Origin: Vicugna vicugna
Taxonomy: Eukaryota
Direction: 5' to 3'
DNA length: 64,000 nucleotides
NCBI GenBank assembly: GCA_013265495.1
Contig: MU058418.1
Coordinates: 868,001 to 932,000, forward strand
The position numbers were made by a program, and so were the translations under genes. Positions 28,072-40,568 of this stretch are shown piece by piece. The notes beneath the pieces are model-generated. The model did not search any database. It was not told the origin of the DNA and worked only from the letters and a program-made list of their open reading frames with translations. Numbering within the stretch: the stretch's first letter is position 1; each line of letters starts with the position of its first letter.

Positions 28072-28394
28072 AAAACAAAAACAAACAAACAAACAAAAAC
28101 AAAGCATAAATACAGGACAGAAATAGACTCATGGACAGAGAATACAGACTTGTGGTTACCAGGGGGGTAGAGGGTGGGAAGGGATAGACTGGGATTTCAA
28201 AATTGTAGAATAGATAAACAAGATTACACTGTATAGCACAGGGAAATATACACAAAATGTTATGATAAATCACAGAGAAAAAAATGTGACAATGAGTGTG
28301 TATATGTCCATGAATGACTGAAAAATTGTGCTGAACACTGGAATTTGACACAACATTGTAAAATGAATATAAATCAATAAAAAATGTTAAAAAA
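25342..28394 (+). mobile_element. Young 5'-truncated LINE-1 (about 3.05 kb) in OSTM1 intron 3, antisense to the gene
   Basis: ORF2 fragment, 3'UTR and A-rich tail. Perfect 17-bp TSD aatttcacttctaggaa at 25325-25341 and 28395-28411. Confidence 0.96.
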
Positions 28395-29439
28395 AATTTC
28401 ACTTCTAGGAATCTACCAGACAGATAAACTCACATAAATACCCTAAAAAGACTGTCCATGTTTGTAATAATACTGAACCAAACAAAAATCTCCAACAATA
28501 TAGAGACTGGCTGACTAAATGGTGGCATAGCCAAACAATAAAAAGCCCTGTGGCGTTTAAAACAAATGAGGAAGTATGATTCTGGGAAGATGATGACATC
28601 AGCATATGCCTATGTCCTGATTTCATTTCTGAAGAGATTTAAGAACAGAAGGGAAAACCCAGGCACCCAGGCCCTTGAAAAGCACTGTAAATTATAAAGG
28701 TGTGACATGCACATTTCATCACAGGAAGGTTGTATTACAGCTATCGCACCACTCCTAGAGAAACTAGTCAGAACCACAGTCTCTGGTGAACTTCTATCCC
28801 CTGCAGCCACCCACTATCCTCTAAAGATGAAAGAGGCTGGGATAACAGCCCCACCCTGCCTGCTGGGCCACCCACAAAAAGCAGTCTCCACAGCCACCAA
28901 GACAGTCCAGGTTCCCAGAGAAACCACCTGCAAACACTTACTAGCCAAGGTGAATTTGGTCTGGGACTTAAATCTACATCTCTGCTCCATCACTGAGCTG
29001 GAAGCCACTACCACAGCCAAGACCACCAAATTCACTGCTACCACCTATCTCTTTAGCTGGCTCCCTTCCCCTCTCAAACACACCCACACCCACACACACA
29101 TTTACAAAACAGTGGAGTTCCCCAGGACTCAGTCCTTGGGACCTCTTTATCATCTCTATCTACACTCACTTACATCCAAGTTTCTAGACTTCATACCACC
29201 GTATCTGATGACTCTCAAATCTATAGCTCCAGCTCACACTTCTCTGAGCTCATCTGTAGCACTGACCATCTGACATCTCAACTTGGATGTTTAATTTCAT
29301 ACTTAACGTGTTCAGAACAGAATTCTTAATCCCCACTATATCCAGTCTTCCTCGTGGCCCCATCATCCTCTCAAGCTACTAAGGCCAAGAGCCTAAGATC
29401 ATCCTGATTCTTCTCTTTCCTTCTCTGATCAGCACAACA

Positions 29440-30780
29440 AAGCCAAATGAAGGTTTTCAAAAAGATAAAAAAAAACCCAAAAAAACCAGAAAAACAAAAC
29501 TAATGTACCTTTAACAAGCCTAAAGAAAACTCAAGGGAAAAAAGGACTCACAAATACAGCATTTGGAATAAGGAAGGAAATGTAGCTATATTTATGACAA
29601 ATTTTGAGGAGTAACCAGTTACTAAATGCAATGCATTATTATCTTGGATTAGATCCTGAAATACAGAAAGGACATTAGTAGAAAAGCTGGTGAAGTCAGA
29701 ATAAAGTCTGGCATTTAGTTAATAGTTATGTACCAATGTTGATTTCTTATTTTTGAGAAATGCACCATGGTAACATAAGGTGAACATTAGGGGAAAGTAA
29801 GTCAGGAACATACAAGAATTCTCTGTATTATCTTTGCAACTTTTCATAAATCTAAAATTGTTGCAAAATAAAACATTTTAAAAGAAAGTAGCCAGTTAAA
29901 ATCTGTAGTGGGAGAAGAAAAGATATCATTCACAAGGGCACCAAAAACTATATAATACCTTGAAATAAACTTAAGAATTGTATAAGACCTATATGAAATT
30001 TAAATAAATAAGTAAAACTGTGCTAGAGAACATTAAAAAATAAAGAAGAAAGAAAGAAAGAAAAAAATTAAGAATAATGGCAGTTTCCAGGGACTAGAGG
30101 AGGGAGAAATGGAAAGTTACTGCTTAATGTGTACAGAGTTTCAACTTAAGACGATGAAAAAATTCTAGAGATGGATGGTGGTAGAGTTGTACAACAGTGT
30201 GAGTATACTTAATGCACTGAAGGGTACATTTAAAAATTGTAACATGGTAAATTTTATATTCTTTTTTAAATATTTTTAAAAAGTGAATATATCATACTCC
30301 CAGATAGGAAAGCTCAATATCATAACATGTCAATTCTTCCCAAATGATGAATCTAAAATATAAAGCAATTCTAATAAAATCTCAAAATGACTGACTTGTT
30401 TGAACTTGTTTCTAAAATTCATTTTATGGTTTGTTTAGTAAATCATGTTGTGACAGTCAAGAAGCCATTAGGGAAAATAGGTTGGAGTTATGCCTCACAA
30501 TTTACACGACAACAAATTTCAGATAGGTAAAGAATGTTTAAATACAGAAAAAGAAACCACAAAAGTACTAAAAGAATCACAGGAGAACATTTTAAAATAA
30601 TCTCAAAGAGGCGAAAGGCCTAGTGTGACAAAAAATCCACAGGCTATTAAATAAATTTTGATAAATCTAACAACATAAAAATTAAAACTTCATAACAAAA
30701 AGAGAAGCACAATAAAAAGACAAACAGAAACTACGAAAAAATATTTGCAACTAACATTCCAGGAAACATGCTAATTTCCC
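29440..30780 (+). mobile_element. Mosaic of old L1M fragments
   Basis: A-rich ORF2-like pieces plus 3'UTR pieces (ttctagagatggatggtggt, aactttgcaact-type motifs). Confidence 0.55.
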
Positions 30781-31762
30781 TATGGTACATTCATCAGAAC
30801 ACTAACTAGTCTCTTAAACCAAAGCATTCTTAGTCAAATAGGTTTGGTAGATGCTGTACACAAAAATTACCATTTGGAGTTTTACAATGTACATTAGTCC
30901 ACTAAGGTTCTGAAGTCGTGCAGTAAAGCATTTCCCACTCTTATTAAGAACATTAAACTTTTTTTAATTGGGTATTTATTAAAATCTTGCAGAACATATT
31001 TGGGAAATGCTTATCTAATAGTTTTTATTTTTCTCAGGGAAACTCATAATCCTGTGTTATCACACTTACTAAAGAAGAAATCATATATACCTATATCCTA
31101 AACATGTTTATATCTATTTGTGAGGATTATTTACTTGTTACACAAGTTTTAAAAGTAGGATTTTACCAGAATTCCAATTTCACCCCTCACCACCACCAGG
31201 AAAGTTCCAATACTAACATTCAAGGGTCAGAGGTGGAGAAAACAAAAAACCAATAAGGTAGGTTTCTTAAAGACTATCTTTTACAGTATAATTCCATACT
31301 CAACGTTACCGTACTAAACTGGCTTTTAAAGTAGGTAAAATATATTTAAGAAATATTGAGCAAAAAATAAGCTTCCTAGAGGCAGAGAGACTCATACTGC
31401 ACTGCAAAATATACCACATAAACAAAGTCAAGATAAATTACTGTCATATAGAACAATACTGTGTTTTAATTAAAAGGTTAATATGTTCATACTCATTAAC
31501 TCATTGGATCCTGACTACAAAATACTAGAAGGTAGGCAGGTGAATGTTACCAGCCCCACCTTACAAATAAGAAAACTGAAGTTTTAATGATCTGCATAAG
31601 GGTTAGTAACAGAAGAACTCAGCAGAACTCCAGGCCCACTAACTCCTTTACATTGTGCATGCAGATATTTAATTTTAGCAATAATTAATGCTATAAAAAT
31701 TGGAATTATTATTATTCATTTGTACAAGGCAGCATTTTAATTTCAAATATCATATAAAATAC

Positions 31763-31860
31763 CTGAAGGTTATTCTCAAAGCAGGTCAAGGTGTGATTAA
31801 ATAGACTGAGGAAATACAATGTGTTATTTGATAATTCTTCACTTTTGTTCGTTAAACAAT
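31763..31860 (-). CDS. OSTM1: OSTM1 coding exon 3 (98 nt)
   Basis: (N)[32 protein letters not shown]. Acceptor ttgacag, donor CAG|gtattt. Confidence 0.95.
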
Positions 31861-33182
31861 CTGTCAAGAAACCAAAAAGTATATTAATATAGTTCAAGAG
31901 ACAAATTATACATTGTCATTTATCTCTCAAGCTATCATATTCTGTTTCATACTACTGTAATTCTTTATTAAAATAAGCATGAAGGGTTCCACATTAAAAG
32001 AATTTCCCAAATACATGAAGCTTATCCCTTTTAGTTTCCAAAAGATTTTGTTTTCCATCATAACCATTTTCATGAAAGTCTTAAAATGATTACATACTCT
32101 CCTTTCTTTGTGAAAACAATATACCAAATAAAATTTAAATTGATTTTGATGGTACAAAGTCTTAATCACAAACATCAATTATCCAATGGTGCCTTATTAG
32201 GGGTACACTTAGTGCTGTCTAGGCATAAGACTGTTTAAGCTGCATTAATTTTCGTTAAATTCATATGCTTTTTGATCCTTTTCTGTGTCAAATTTAGTAG
32301 TTCTGTGTCTCTTCCATCTTCACCACTGGGTCATTTATTGCATCTAAGAGGGTAATCTCTTAAAATCTGCTCTTTCTAATCTATTGTGAGTTGGGAGACC
32401 AGGGAAACAAGCTGGTAAGAATTTTGCCTAAAATATTGATAAAGGGGCTTTAAGTAAAATCTGGATATAAATAAGAACTGTTTTACATCTTTCTAAAAAT
32501 CTTACATAAATGATACTCTTTTGCAACTTGTTACTCTTGCATAGTATTAGTTCAAGTTCATTCCTTTTCATTGCTTTCTATATATGAATACAGCACAATT
32601 TATTTATCTGTTCTCCCTTCTTGGATGAACCTATTCTCTATCCTCCTTACTTTGCTTTTACCTCTCCCTGTGCTGTCAGCTTACTCTCTGGGATCTAGGT
32701 TCAAGCACCTGGCTTCATAGCCTGGAACTTGTGGTCAGCCATTTCAATCTCATGCTCCTAGAATCCTTGCCCTCTTTACATTCCACATACTCACAGATAT
32801 TTTCAATCCTGGACAGCCTTAACTTTCTTTGCTCCCAAGTAGAGAAGTTCCTTGTAGACACTATTACAGAAAATTCTTAAGTTATAATGAAGGGACTCAA
32901 TTAAAATCAACTTTAGGACACAAAACAATCCTTGTACATGCCCTACCAATTACTCCACAAGGGATGTTCCAAATACTTTCTATTTGCCAGTACTCAACCA
33001 TACTCTTGTCCCTCTTAATTTCAATTGATAGCTATATATTATATCCACTCAGGACCATCTAATATGATCTCTCTCAACTGGGAGTGGAGAGACAGGATAG
33101 AAGGCTAAGGCAATTAACCAGGAGAAAGGCAGCAATCCAAAAAGAAAAAAATCAATGGAGAAGAGATTGGCTAAAGAGGTAG

Positions 33183-33709
33183 TGAAGGATACCAGAACAT
33201 GCCAACTCAAAATATGCCTCTTTGGCATAGGGGTTATTTTGAATTAAAGGCCTTTAAGAACAGCAGATTCAGGAAAAGCTCTAAAAACAGGGCACAAGTT
33301 TTTATTTTGTAAAGAAAACTTCCATTTGTAAAGATGTCTCCCTCTCAGGTAAAGAAAAAAGAGGACTCTTGACAACTAACCCCTGGCAATGGAGAAGGTT
33401 CTAACTTAAATCTATATAACAATCATGTTTAGCAAACTTTTCCTGGTCACTTACCCATAACTTGCCTCCTCCATCCAGAAGACCAAAACTCCTTTTCCTC
33501 TAATTAGCCTAAGATGGCATATAAACCCAAATTCTAACCATCTTTTCAGGATACTCATCATTGGGTGTGCCCATGTAAACATGTGCAATACACATGTTAA
33601 TAAACTTGTTTGTTTTCTCTTGTTACTGTCTTTGGCCAGTCTGATTAGAGAGTCCCATCCAGGGAAAGTAAAATTAGTAGAGGAAAAAGATTTTTTCCCT
33701 CCCCTAGCA
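33183..33709 (+). mobile_element. Solo LTR, MER34-like
   Basis: Begins tgaaggataccagaacatgccaactcaaaatatgcc, contains AATAAA, ends ttttccctcccctagca. Related to the 38689-39221 LTR in opposite orientation. Confidence 0.72.
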
Positions 33710-35799
33710 TAGACACCAGGATATGACACATTATGAGATATGCATGTGCTATGATAAACAACAATCACTACAGTGAAAACTAACATTAACTGGGTACTTG
33801 CTATGTTCCAAACACTATGCTTGTACTTTAAATTCATTTGCTCAATTCTCACAACAATCCTATGAGGCAAAAACTGTCATTATTTCCATCTTCTAAATAA
33901 GGAAGAGACTCAGCTTAGAGGAACTAAGGAAGTTGCCCAAGATCACAAAACTGGTAAGTGAAAACCTGAAATTTCTACTCAAACCGATTCCTGAGTCTGC
34001 ACTTTCAAACACTGCAAATTAAATAAAATATTCACATCTATACTCTAAACAATTAAAGTTCAATACTGGGAGTCAACAAATATATGCTACTACTCCTCCC
34101 TCCACTACCCATTGATTTCTTATACCACGCAAGGATTCAGGTAGTCACTACCAACTGATTGGTGCTGGCAACTGAGATGAAGATTAAAACTGGCGAACAG
34201 GGAAGCAACCAGCACATTAAGACTCCTTTGTGCAAATTAGAAAAAGACTTCCCATCTGGGTAGATTAATTACAAAAAGGCATTCTGACCTTCAGAAGCTG
34301 AGCTGGAATTCAGCCCCATTCACCCTCTTACATGGGCCCCCTAGCGTAGAACTTGCCAGTACCTGGTATATCTGGGGCCCTGCTGATGAGCTTATTCTAA
34401 GAGTCTTTCTCTCTCTCTAACTCATATACTCTACATTCTCTGCGGCTTTATCTTCTCAAGAATGTAAGTCCTGTTCTGACTGTTTCACCTTATCATTTAA
34501 AAATCTGAGGGATCACTTCACAAATTAGGAAACAACCAGAGAAATACAGTGACATAATGAGGATCACACACCCAGTTAGTAAGGCACTGAAATAAGAAAT
34601 ATACTTTCCAGGCTCTCAGTTTAGTATTCTCTTAATTACATAATTTGTTCTTTACTATTTAAAAATGTTACTAACTATCTTGGCTTTCGAAAAGTTCACA
34701 TATTAAATTCTTAAGAAAAAAAATAAGCCTCTCTTAATCCTGGGTTAACATCATCACAAAGTAGCTTCAAATCCTTTTATACATGAGGTAGAGTATATAT
34801 AAATAAAAACAAACACAGTTACAAATATGCATGATATTAGCATATTGGGCTAATGAGATTACATAGATTTTCAGTTTTTGTAGTTGACATTTTGCAAGGA
34901 ATCAGAGGGAATACAATTTCATCCACAGCAACTGTATGTCTGTGTTATAATGACCCACGTCATGGCTACTGACATACACAATATGGGTATGCGTGTCTCC
35001 CTGTACTGTCTACAGAAATAGTATAAAGCATGAATATGAGAGAGCAATGATAATTTCTTCTATGCAAAGTATGAAATAAGTTCTTTATAAAAAAGTAATA
35101 TACAAAATAATGAAAAAGAAAAAGAAAAAAGTAATTTATAAAGGAAGTTTCTTTGAACAACAAAGAACTTAATCTCTTCTATTTTACTAACAGCCATTCT
35201 TTTTCACTTGAAATAATTAGAATATTAAACTAAAAGCTAATATAGACTGGTCATCTTATTAAGTACTGCATTAATGCAACACCATCAACATTTTTTTCAG
35301 TGATCATTAGACAGTGATATTATAAAGCACAAAGGAGTTCACTTCTTTAATGGGATTTTAAATGTCTGCATTATTAAAGAGCCCTGACTTTCTGATTTAA
35401 AACAAAGGAACTCTAGTAAAATTCCTCTTTTATGCTTTTGCAGGAATTGGGAGCATAAGGTTATAGGCAGTGAGAAGCTATATATTTTAGAAATTAGTAA
35501 GTTAAGAAATATTAGTAATAATACAGCTTCCTATAAGCACTAAGTGAAGTGGTCATTATGAATTTTCCTCATCTCATATAATCAATGTAGCCTCATCAAG
35601 GACAGATTAGCATAGCTTTTCTCAGTAAGGGTTCAAGCATCCGCTCAAGAGGCATTCTTAAAGGTGTTAAGGATTCAAGTTAAGACCTTATGTAGAAAAC
35701 TACTAGATTATCATAACAGGAATTATGAATCTTTAGAATAAGTATTTGGCATCTACTAGGAGTTTATATAAGGATCTCTGCTGTTTTTAAAAAATAGGT

Positions 35800-36556
35800 T
35801 TTTTTTTAATTTTGTTTTTTATTGAAGTGTAGTTGATTTACAGTGTTCATTTCAGGTGTATAATAACACAATTCAGTTATACATATACATACTTTTTTTT
35901 CAGATTCTTATCTATTATATGTTATTATAAGAAATTGATTGTAGCTCCTTGTGCTATACAGTAGGTCCTTGTTGTTTGTCTATTTTATATATAGTAATGT
36001 GTATCTGTTAATTCCAAACTCCTGATTTATCCCTCTCCCACCCTTTCCCCTTTGGTAACCATAGTTTGCTTTCCACCTCTATGAGTCTATTTTTGGTTTG
36101 TAAATAAGATTTGTATCATTTTTTTTTAGATTCTACATATAAGTGATATAATATTTGCCTTTCTTTGTCTATCTTAGTTCACTTAATATGATAATCTCCA
36201 GGTCCATCCATGTTGCTGTAAATGGTATTATTTCATTCTTTTTATGGCTAAGTAATAATCCACCATATATATATTCTACAACTTCTTTATCCAGTCATCT
36301 GTTGATGGGCATTTAGGTTGTTTCCTTGTCTTGGCTATTGTAAATAGTGCTGTCATGAATATTGGGGTGCATGTGTCTTTTTGAATTATAGCTTTCTCTG
36401 GATATCTGCCCAGGATTGTGATTGCTGGATCATATGGTAAGTCTATTTTTACTTTTTTAAGGAACCTCCATACTGTCTTCCATAGTGACTGTCCCAATTT
36501 ACATTCCCACCAACAGTGTAGGAGGGTTCCTTTTTCTCCACACCCTCTCCAGCATC
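35800..36556 (-). mobile_element. Older LINE-1 3' end (frameshifted ORF2 C-terminus and 3'UTR)
   Basis: Minus-strand translation [22 protein letters not shown]...DTCTPIF...[15 protein letters not shown]-rich tail at about 35800. Confidence 0.9.
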
Positions 36557-36834
36557 AAAACTAGTTTTATAGGAAACAACAGAGATAATCACCAATTTCT
36601 GAAAAATAGAGCAAGCTTCAGAAGACACATATAAATGATGGGAACTCAACATCTCAACAAAATTAATTTAGCAAATATGAAAACTAGAACATTTTAAATT
36701 ATAAGATACAAATAAGTGAGTCTAACACTTAGTATGTTACCACTTAGATAAAATATCAAAAAGATTCTGATTAACTGATCTTCTAGTTAACTATTAAGTT
36801 TTATTATTGGTTTTTAAAGAATCAGGGCATAAAA

Positions 36835-37050
36835 AGTAAAGAGTGGCAGAATATGCCTTTTTAAAATACACTTCTTTGCCATAAGAATTATTTTGAATTT
36901 GAAGGCACTTGGGAAACAAAAAATGCAGAGAGGTTTTCTGTGAATTCCCCTTAACTGCCTGAAGACAAAATAAACACAATTGTCATAAATCCCTTCTCCA
37001 GGAGTTTCATCAACTACAGAGGATCTTCTATCAGAGGAAAGGAGACCAAC
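36835..37050 (+). mobile_element. Fragment of a MER34-like LTR
   Basis: cagaatatgcc...tctttgccataagaattattttgaa resembles the 5' end of the two LTRs above. Confidence 0.5.
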
Positions 37051-37084
37051 AGAACAAAACGAAGAGTCTAGAAGTAAATCCCTG

Positions 37085-37257
37085 CATGTATAGTGAGCTA
37101 TGAGCTGAACTCATAGAAACAGTAGAATGGTGACTGCCAAAGGCTGGGGTGGGGTGGGAGGTAGGGGGCAGAAATGGGAAGATGTTGGTCAAAGGGTACA
37201 AACATCCAGTTGCAAGATGAGTTAAGTTCTGAGGATCTAATGTACAGTATGGTCATT

Positions 37258-37294
<37 letters not shown>

Positions 37295-37490
37295 GTATTA
37301 TATACTTGAAAGTTGCTAAGAGAATAAATTTTAAATGTTCTCATCACACATATACACAAAATGGTAATTATATGATATGATGGTGGTGTTACCTAATACT
37401 ATGGTGGTAATCATTTTGCAATTTATAAGTGTATCAAATCAATGCATTGCACACTTTAAATTTACACAGTTATATGTCAATATTGAGATA
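37085..37490 (+). mobile_element. Old L1M 3'UTR fragment containing an (agtt)n microsatellite at about 37260-37294
   Basis: Typical motifs: agtagaatggtgactgcca, aagttctgaggatctaatgtacag, acttgaaagttgctaagaga. Confidence 0.75.
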
Positions 37491-37642
37491 TCTCAAAAAC
37501 AAAGAACCAAATGCTTTACTATAAAACAATTCAGAGTCACATCAAATCTGGTCACTCTACAAATTATTCAGCTGTCACGTACATAAGATAACCAAGCAGC
37601 ATCTCAATAAATGGGCTATCCCTATGTGAATAATACACTTCT

Positions 37643-37752
37643 TTCATTTTCATTTCTTTCTTTTTTCTTTTTCAAATGGAGGTACTGGGAATCAAACCAA
37701 GTACTTCCAGCATGCTCAGCATGTGCTCCACTGAGCTACACCCTCACTCCCT
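37643..37752 (-). mobile_element. tRNA-derived SINE (vic-1-like)
   Basis: Homologous to the 39.9 kb copy. Flanking repeat aatacacttct at 37632-37642 and 37757-37767. Confidence 0.78.
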
Positions 37753-38688
37753 CAACAATACACTTCTGATACCAGCTTTTAAATTGTGTACAGAAAAAAT
37801 CCTTTATACATTTTCTTTACTTCTTAGCAGTCATTCTCCACAAGAATTAGTTTCTATGTTATCTGTAATGTGAGTTGGAAGAGTTTTGCTCTTAATATTC
37901 CTTTTCAGTTTCTATCAGTTTCCAAAAACCCACTTCCTACCAAGACTAATATGATTCAAAGACACAGAAATTCTAAAGATAAAATAGATAGTAGTAGTAA
38001 TGGATGGCACTCTCTTTTATTGAGTTTCTAGCCTTCCTCTCATCAACTAATAACTGCAAAGCCTGGGTGCTAGTTCACAGCTGGATCAAGTAGAAAGGAA
38101 AGGTGATTTCTGGCAATGTATTAATTTTAATAATATTCTTTTAAGCAATGTTTTAGCGTTTATATTTTTAATAATATTAAAAATTCTAATAGCCCCTTAA
38201 ATTCACTTTAAAAGATTTAAAAACTATATAATTATAGTTTTGCATTTTCTAGACCAGAGGATGAAAAAGGAAAAGTTATTTTATATTGAAAGATATCCTC
38301 CTAAAAATGGATCACATATTGGTTTAAGTATCAGTTAAAAAACAAATTTTTAAAACACATCAGTAGTTTTTGTTCTTCCTTTGTGATTATTTTCCTTCTC
38401 ATTTTATCTTTTAGGTGCCAGAATGAATAGGTTCCATTTTATTTACCATTAAAGATCTCTATTGCTGTAATCACTTAGCTCTGTATTTGCAAATTTAATA
38501 CCTAGATCAACACAAAAAGTTAACTGAGACAAAAGCGTTATGGTTTGTATTTAACAAGTTTTCACAAGTTCTGAGAAAACTGACCAGTCTTTTTTTATGT
38601 TTAAAAAAAAAGTCTTTTTTTATGTTTATGTAAAGGCAAATAATCCAGATTTTAAAAAATATTTATATTGTGATTTTCATGCATATAC

Positions 38689-39221
38689 TGTAGGGGAGGA
38701 AAAATAATTTTCCCTCTACCCTTCTAAGTTTTTAGCTGCGGCCACTGAACAAAAGACAGATCAATATGAGAAAAACAAACAGAAGTTTATTAACTTGTAT
38801 ACATGGAATACATCCGAGATACAAACGGAAATTGAGTAACTCAAAGAGGTGGCTTAGAATTCAGGCTTAAGTTCCATCTTCAACTAAAAACAAAGAAAGA
38901 AGGGTGTCGGGGAGGCCAGTTATGGGGAAGTGACTAGGAAAAGCATAGTAAATAAGTATAAGGTGATGCAGATTTATGTCCCTGCCTTCTCCATTTACAG
39001 GATTCTCTTGTGATTTAGACCCATTCTTTTCTTTCTGGCACAAAGGAGACTTACAAATGGAGATTTCCTTTATAAATATAAATTTCCCTTACAAAATGGT
39101 TATTTCTACTCTGGTTATTTCAGAGCTTCTCCTGTGTCTCCTGTTTCTCAAAATAATCAGCTCAAAATAATCCTTACGCCAAAGAGGACTATTTTGGGAT
39201 AGCATATTCTGGTCTCCTACA
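38689..39221 (-). mobile_element. Solo LTR, MER34-like (ERV1 class)
   Basis: TG...CA termini. Minus strand starts tgtaggagaccagaatatgc. 4-bp TSD atac at 38685-38688 and 39222-39225. Confidence 0.8.
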
Positions 39222-39799
39222 ATACAAAATGACAACATCCTAGGCAAATTTGTGATCAGGCACAAATTCATTTAAAATAACAGTGTGATATGGTTGTCAT
39301 TTTCCAGTTTATTAATTAATCCTTTGTATTCACTCTTTTACCTATTTCCAAAGGCCAAGGATTTTTTAAAAACTATGACTGGATGGGTAGGAAATGGATT
39401 TTCTTTCAAGTACAAGGTAAAGAGACAACTTCAGCATCATTTATTAAGAAAATAAAAGAGTGAGGATCCCATGAAATAAATGGTTTAAAAGATCTGGTTG
39501 CTAGAGACTGTCTCAGAACCTGATGCCTGATTCCTGATCATGGCTGAGATTAACATTAGAAAATGTGCATCTGTATTAAAAACCTCTTTTTCACATTATC
39601 TAGTTTTAATTTTATGTAGTATTGATAGGTCTCTAGAAAAAAGGAATATTTTATATTTATATTTTTAGTAAAAGACTAGGTTTTCCATAACGTCAAACAT
39701 GTATATAGCATACATATTAAGTTTTGTATTAGGGCTAATTAAAGTTTATTTGTATTTCTTAAAATGGAGACTGTGCAATGGATTTGTCAAATAGCATTT

Positions 39800-39959
39800 A
39801 ATTTTTAAAATTTTTTGTTTGTTTGTTTCTTTTTGGGAGGAGGTAATTAGATTTTGGTTTTTTTATTTGTTTTTTAAAATAGAGGTACTGGGGACTGAAC
39901 TCAGGACCTCGTGCATGCTAAGCATGCACTCTACCACTGACCTATATACACTCCCCCCT
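39800..39959 (-). mobile_element. tRNA-derived SINE (camelid vic-1-like)
   Basis: Minus strand has A-box-like tcagtggtagag and B-box-like gagttcagtccc plus an A-rich tail. 13-bp TSD tcaaatagcattt at 39787-39799 and 39960-39972. Confidence 0.82.
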
Positions 39960-40388
39960 TCAAATAGCATTTTAGAAATAAAATTAGGCCTTAATTCATG
40001 AACACTGTATTTTCAAATGAACAGTCTTAAAGCCTTTTGAATTTAGTTCTAGATTCTTGATCTACAGTTCATTTACCTTCTGTGAGTCCTCATTTTACCT
40101 CACAGGGCTTACTGTGAAATTCAATGAGGCACAGGCCATGGAATTGAGAAATACTATTTAATTTAACTGCTGACTTGTTACTCATCTTCTTTAGCTCATT
40201 TTCCCTTCCTTCAAATTTCATTTCTCACTACTTTGTAAGAGAAGACAATGTTGCTCAAGTAAGAATGCTTTATTAAATTTGGGTAGAAATTGTTAAGTTT
40301 TTGAACAATTCTTTAAACTTTTCAGAAAATGTTCATACTATCTGTATTAAATAGATTTACAGAGAACATAATTAGAACTTATTTCCAA

Positions 40389-40568
40389 GAACCTACTGTA
40401 TAGCACAGGGAACTATACTCAATTTCTTGCAATAACATATAATGGAAAAGAATCTGAAAAAAAAATATATATATATGCATGTATATGTATAACTGAATCT
40501 CTTTGCTGTACACCTGAAACCAATATTGTAAATCAACTACACTTCAATAAAACATTTTTTTTAAAAAA
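40389..40568 (+). mobile_element. Short L1 3' end fragment
   Basis: ctactgtatagcacagggaactatactcaa...tgctgtacacctgaaac...aataaa with an A tail and a degenerate flanking repeat (tatttcca). Confidence 0.8.

Noticed and set aside
28707..29273. 188-aa plus-strand ORF
   Set aside because: Runs through a (CA)-like repeat and L2-like sequence, with no recognisable domain or splice structure.
39880..39959. tRNA gene (also about 13090 and 37680)
   Set aside because: A/B-box-like motifs come with A-rich tails and TSDs, which indicates tRNA-derived SINEs.
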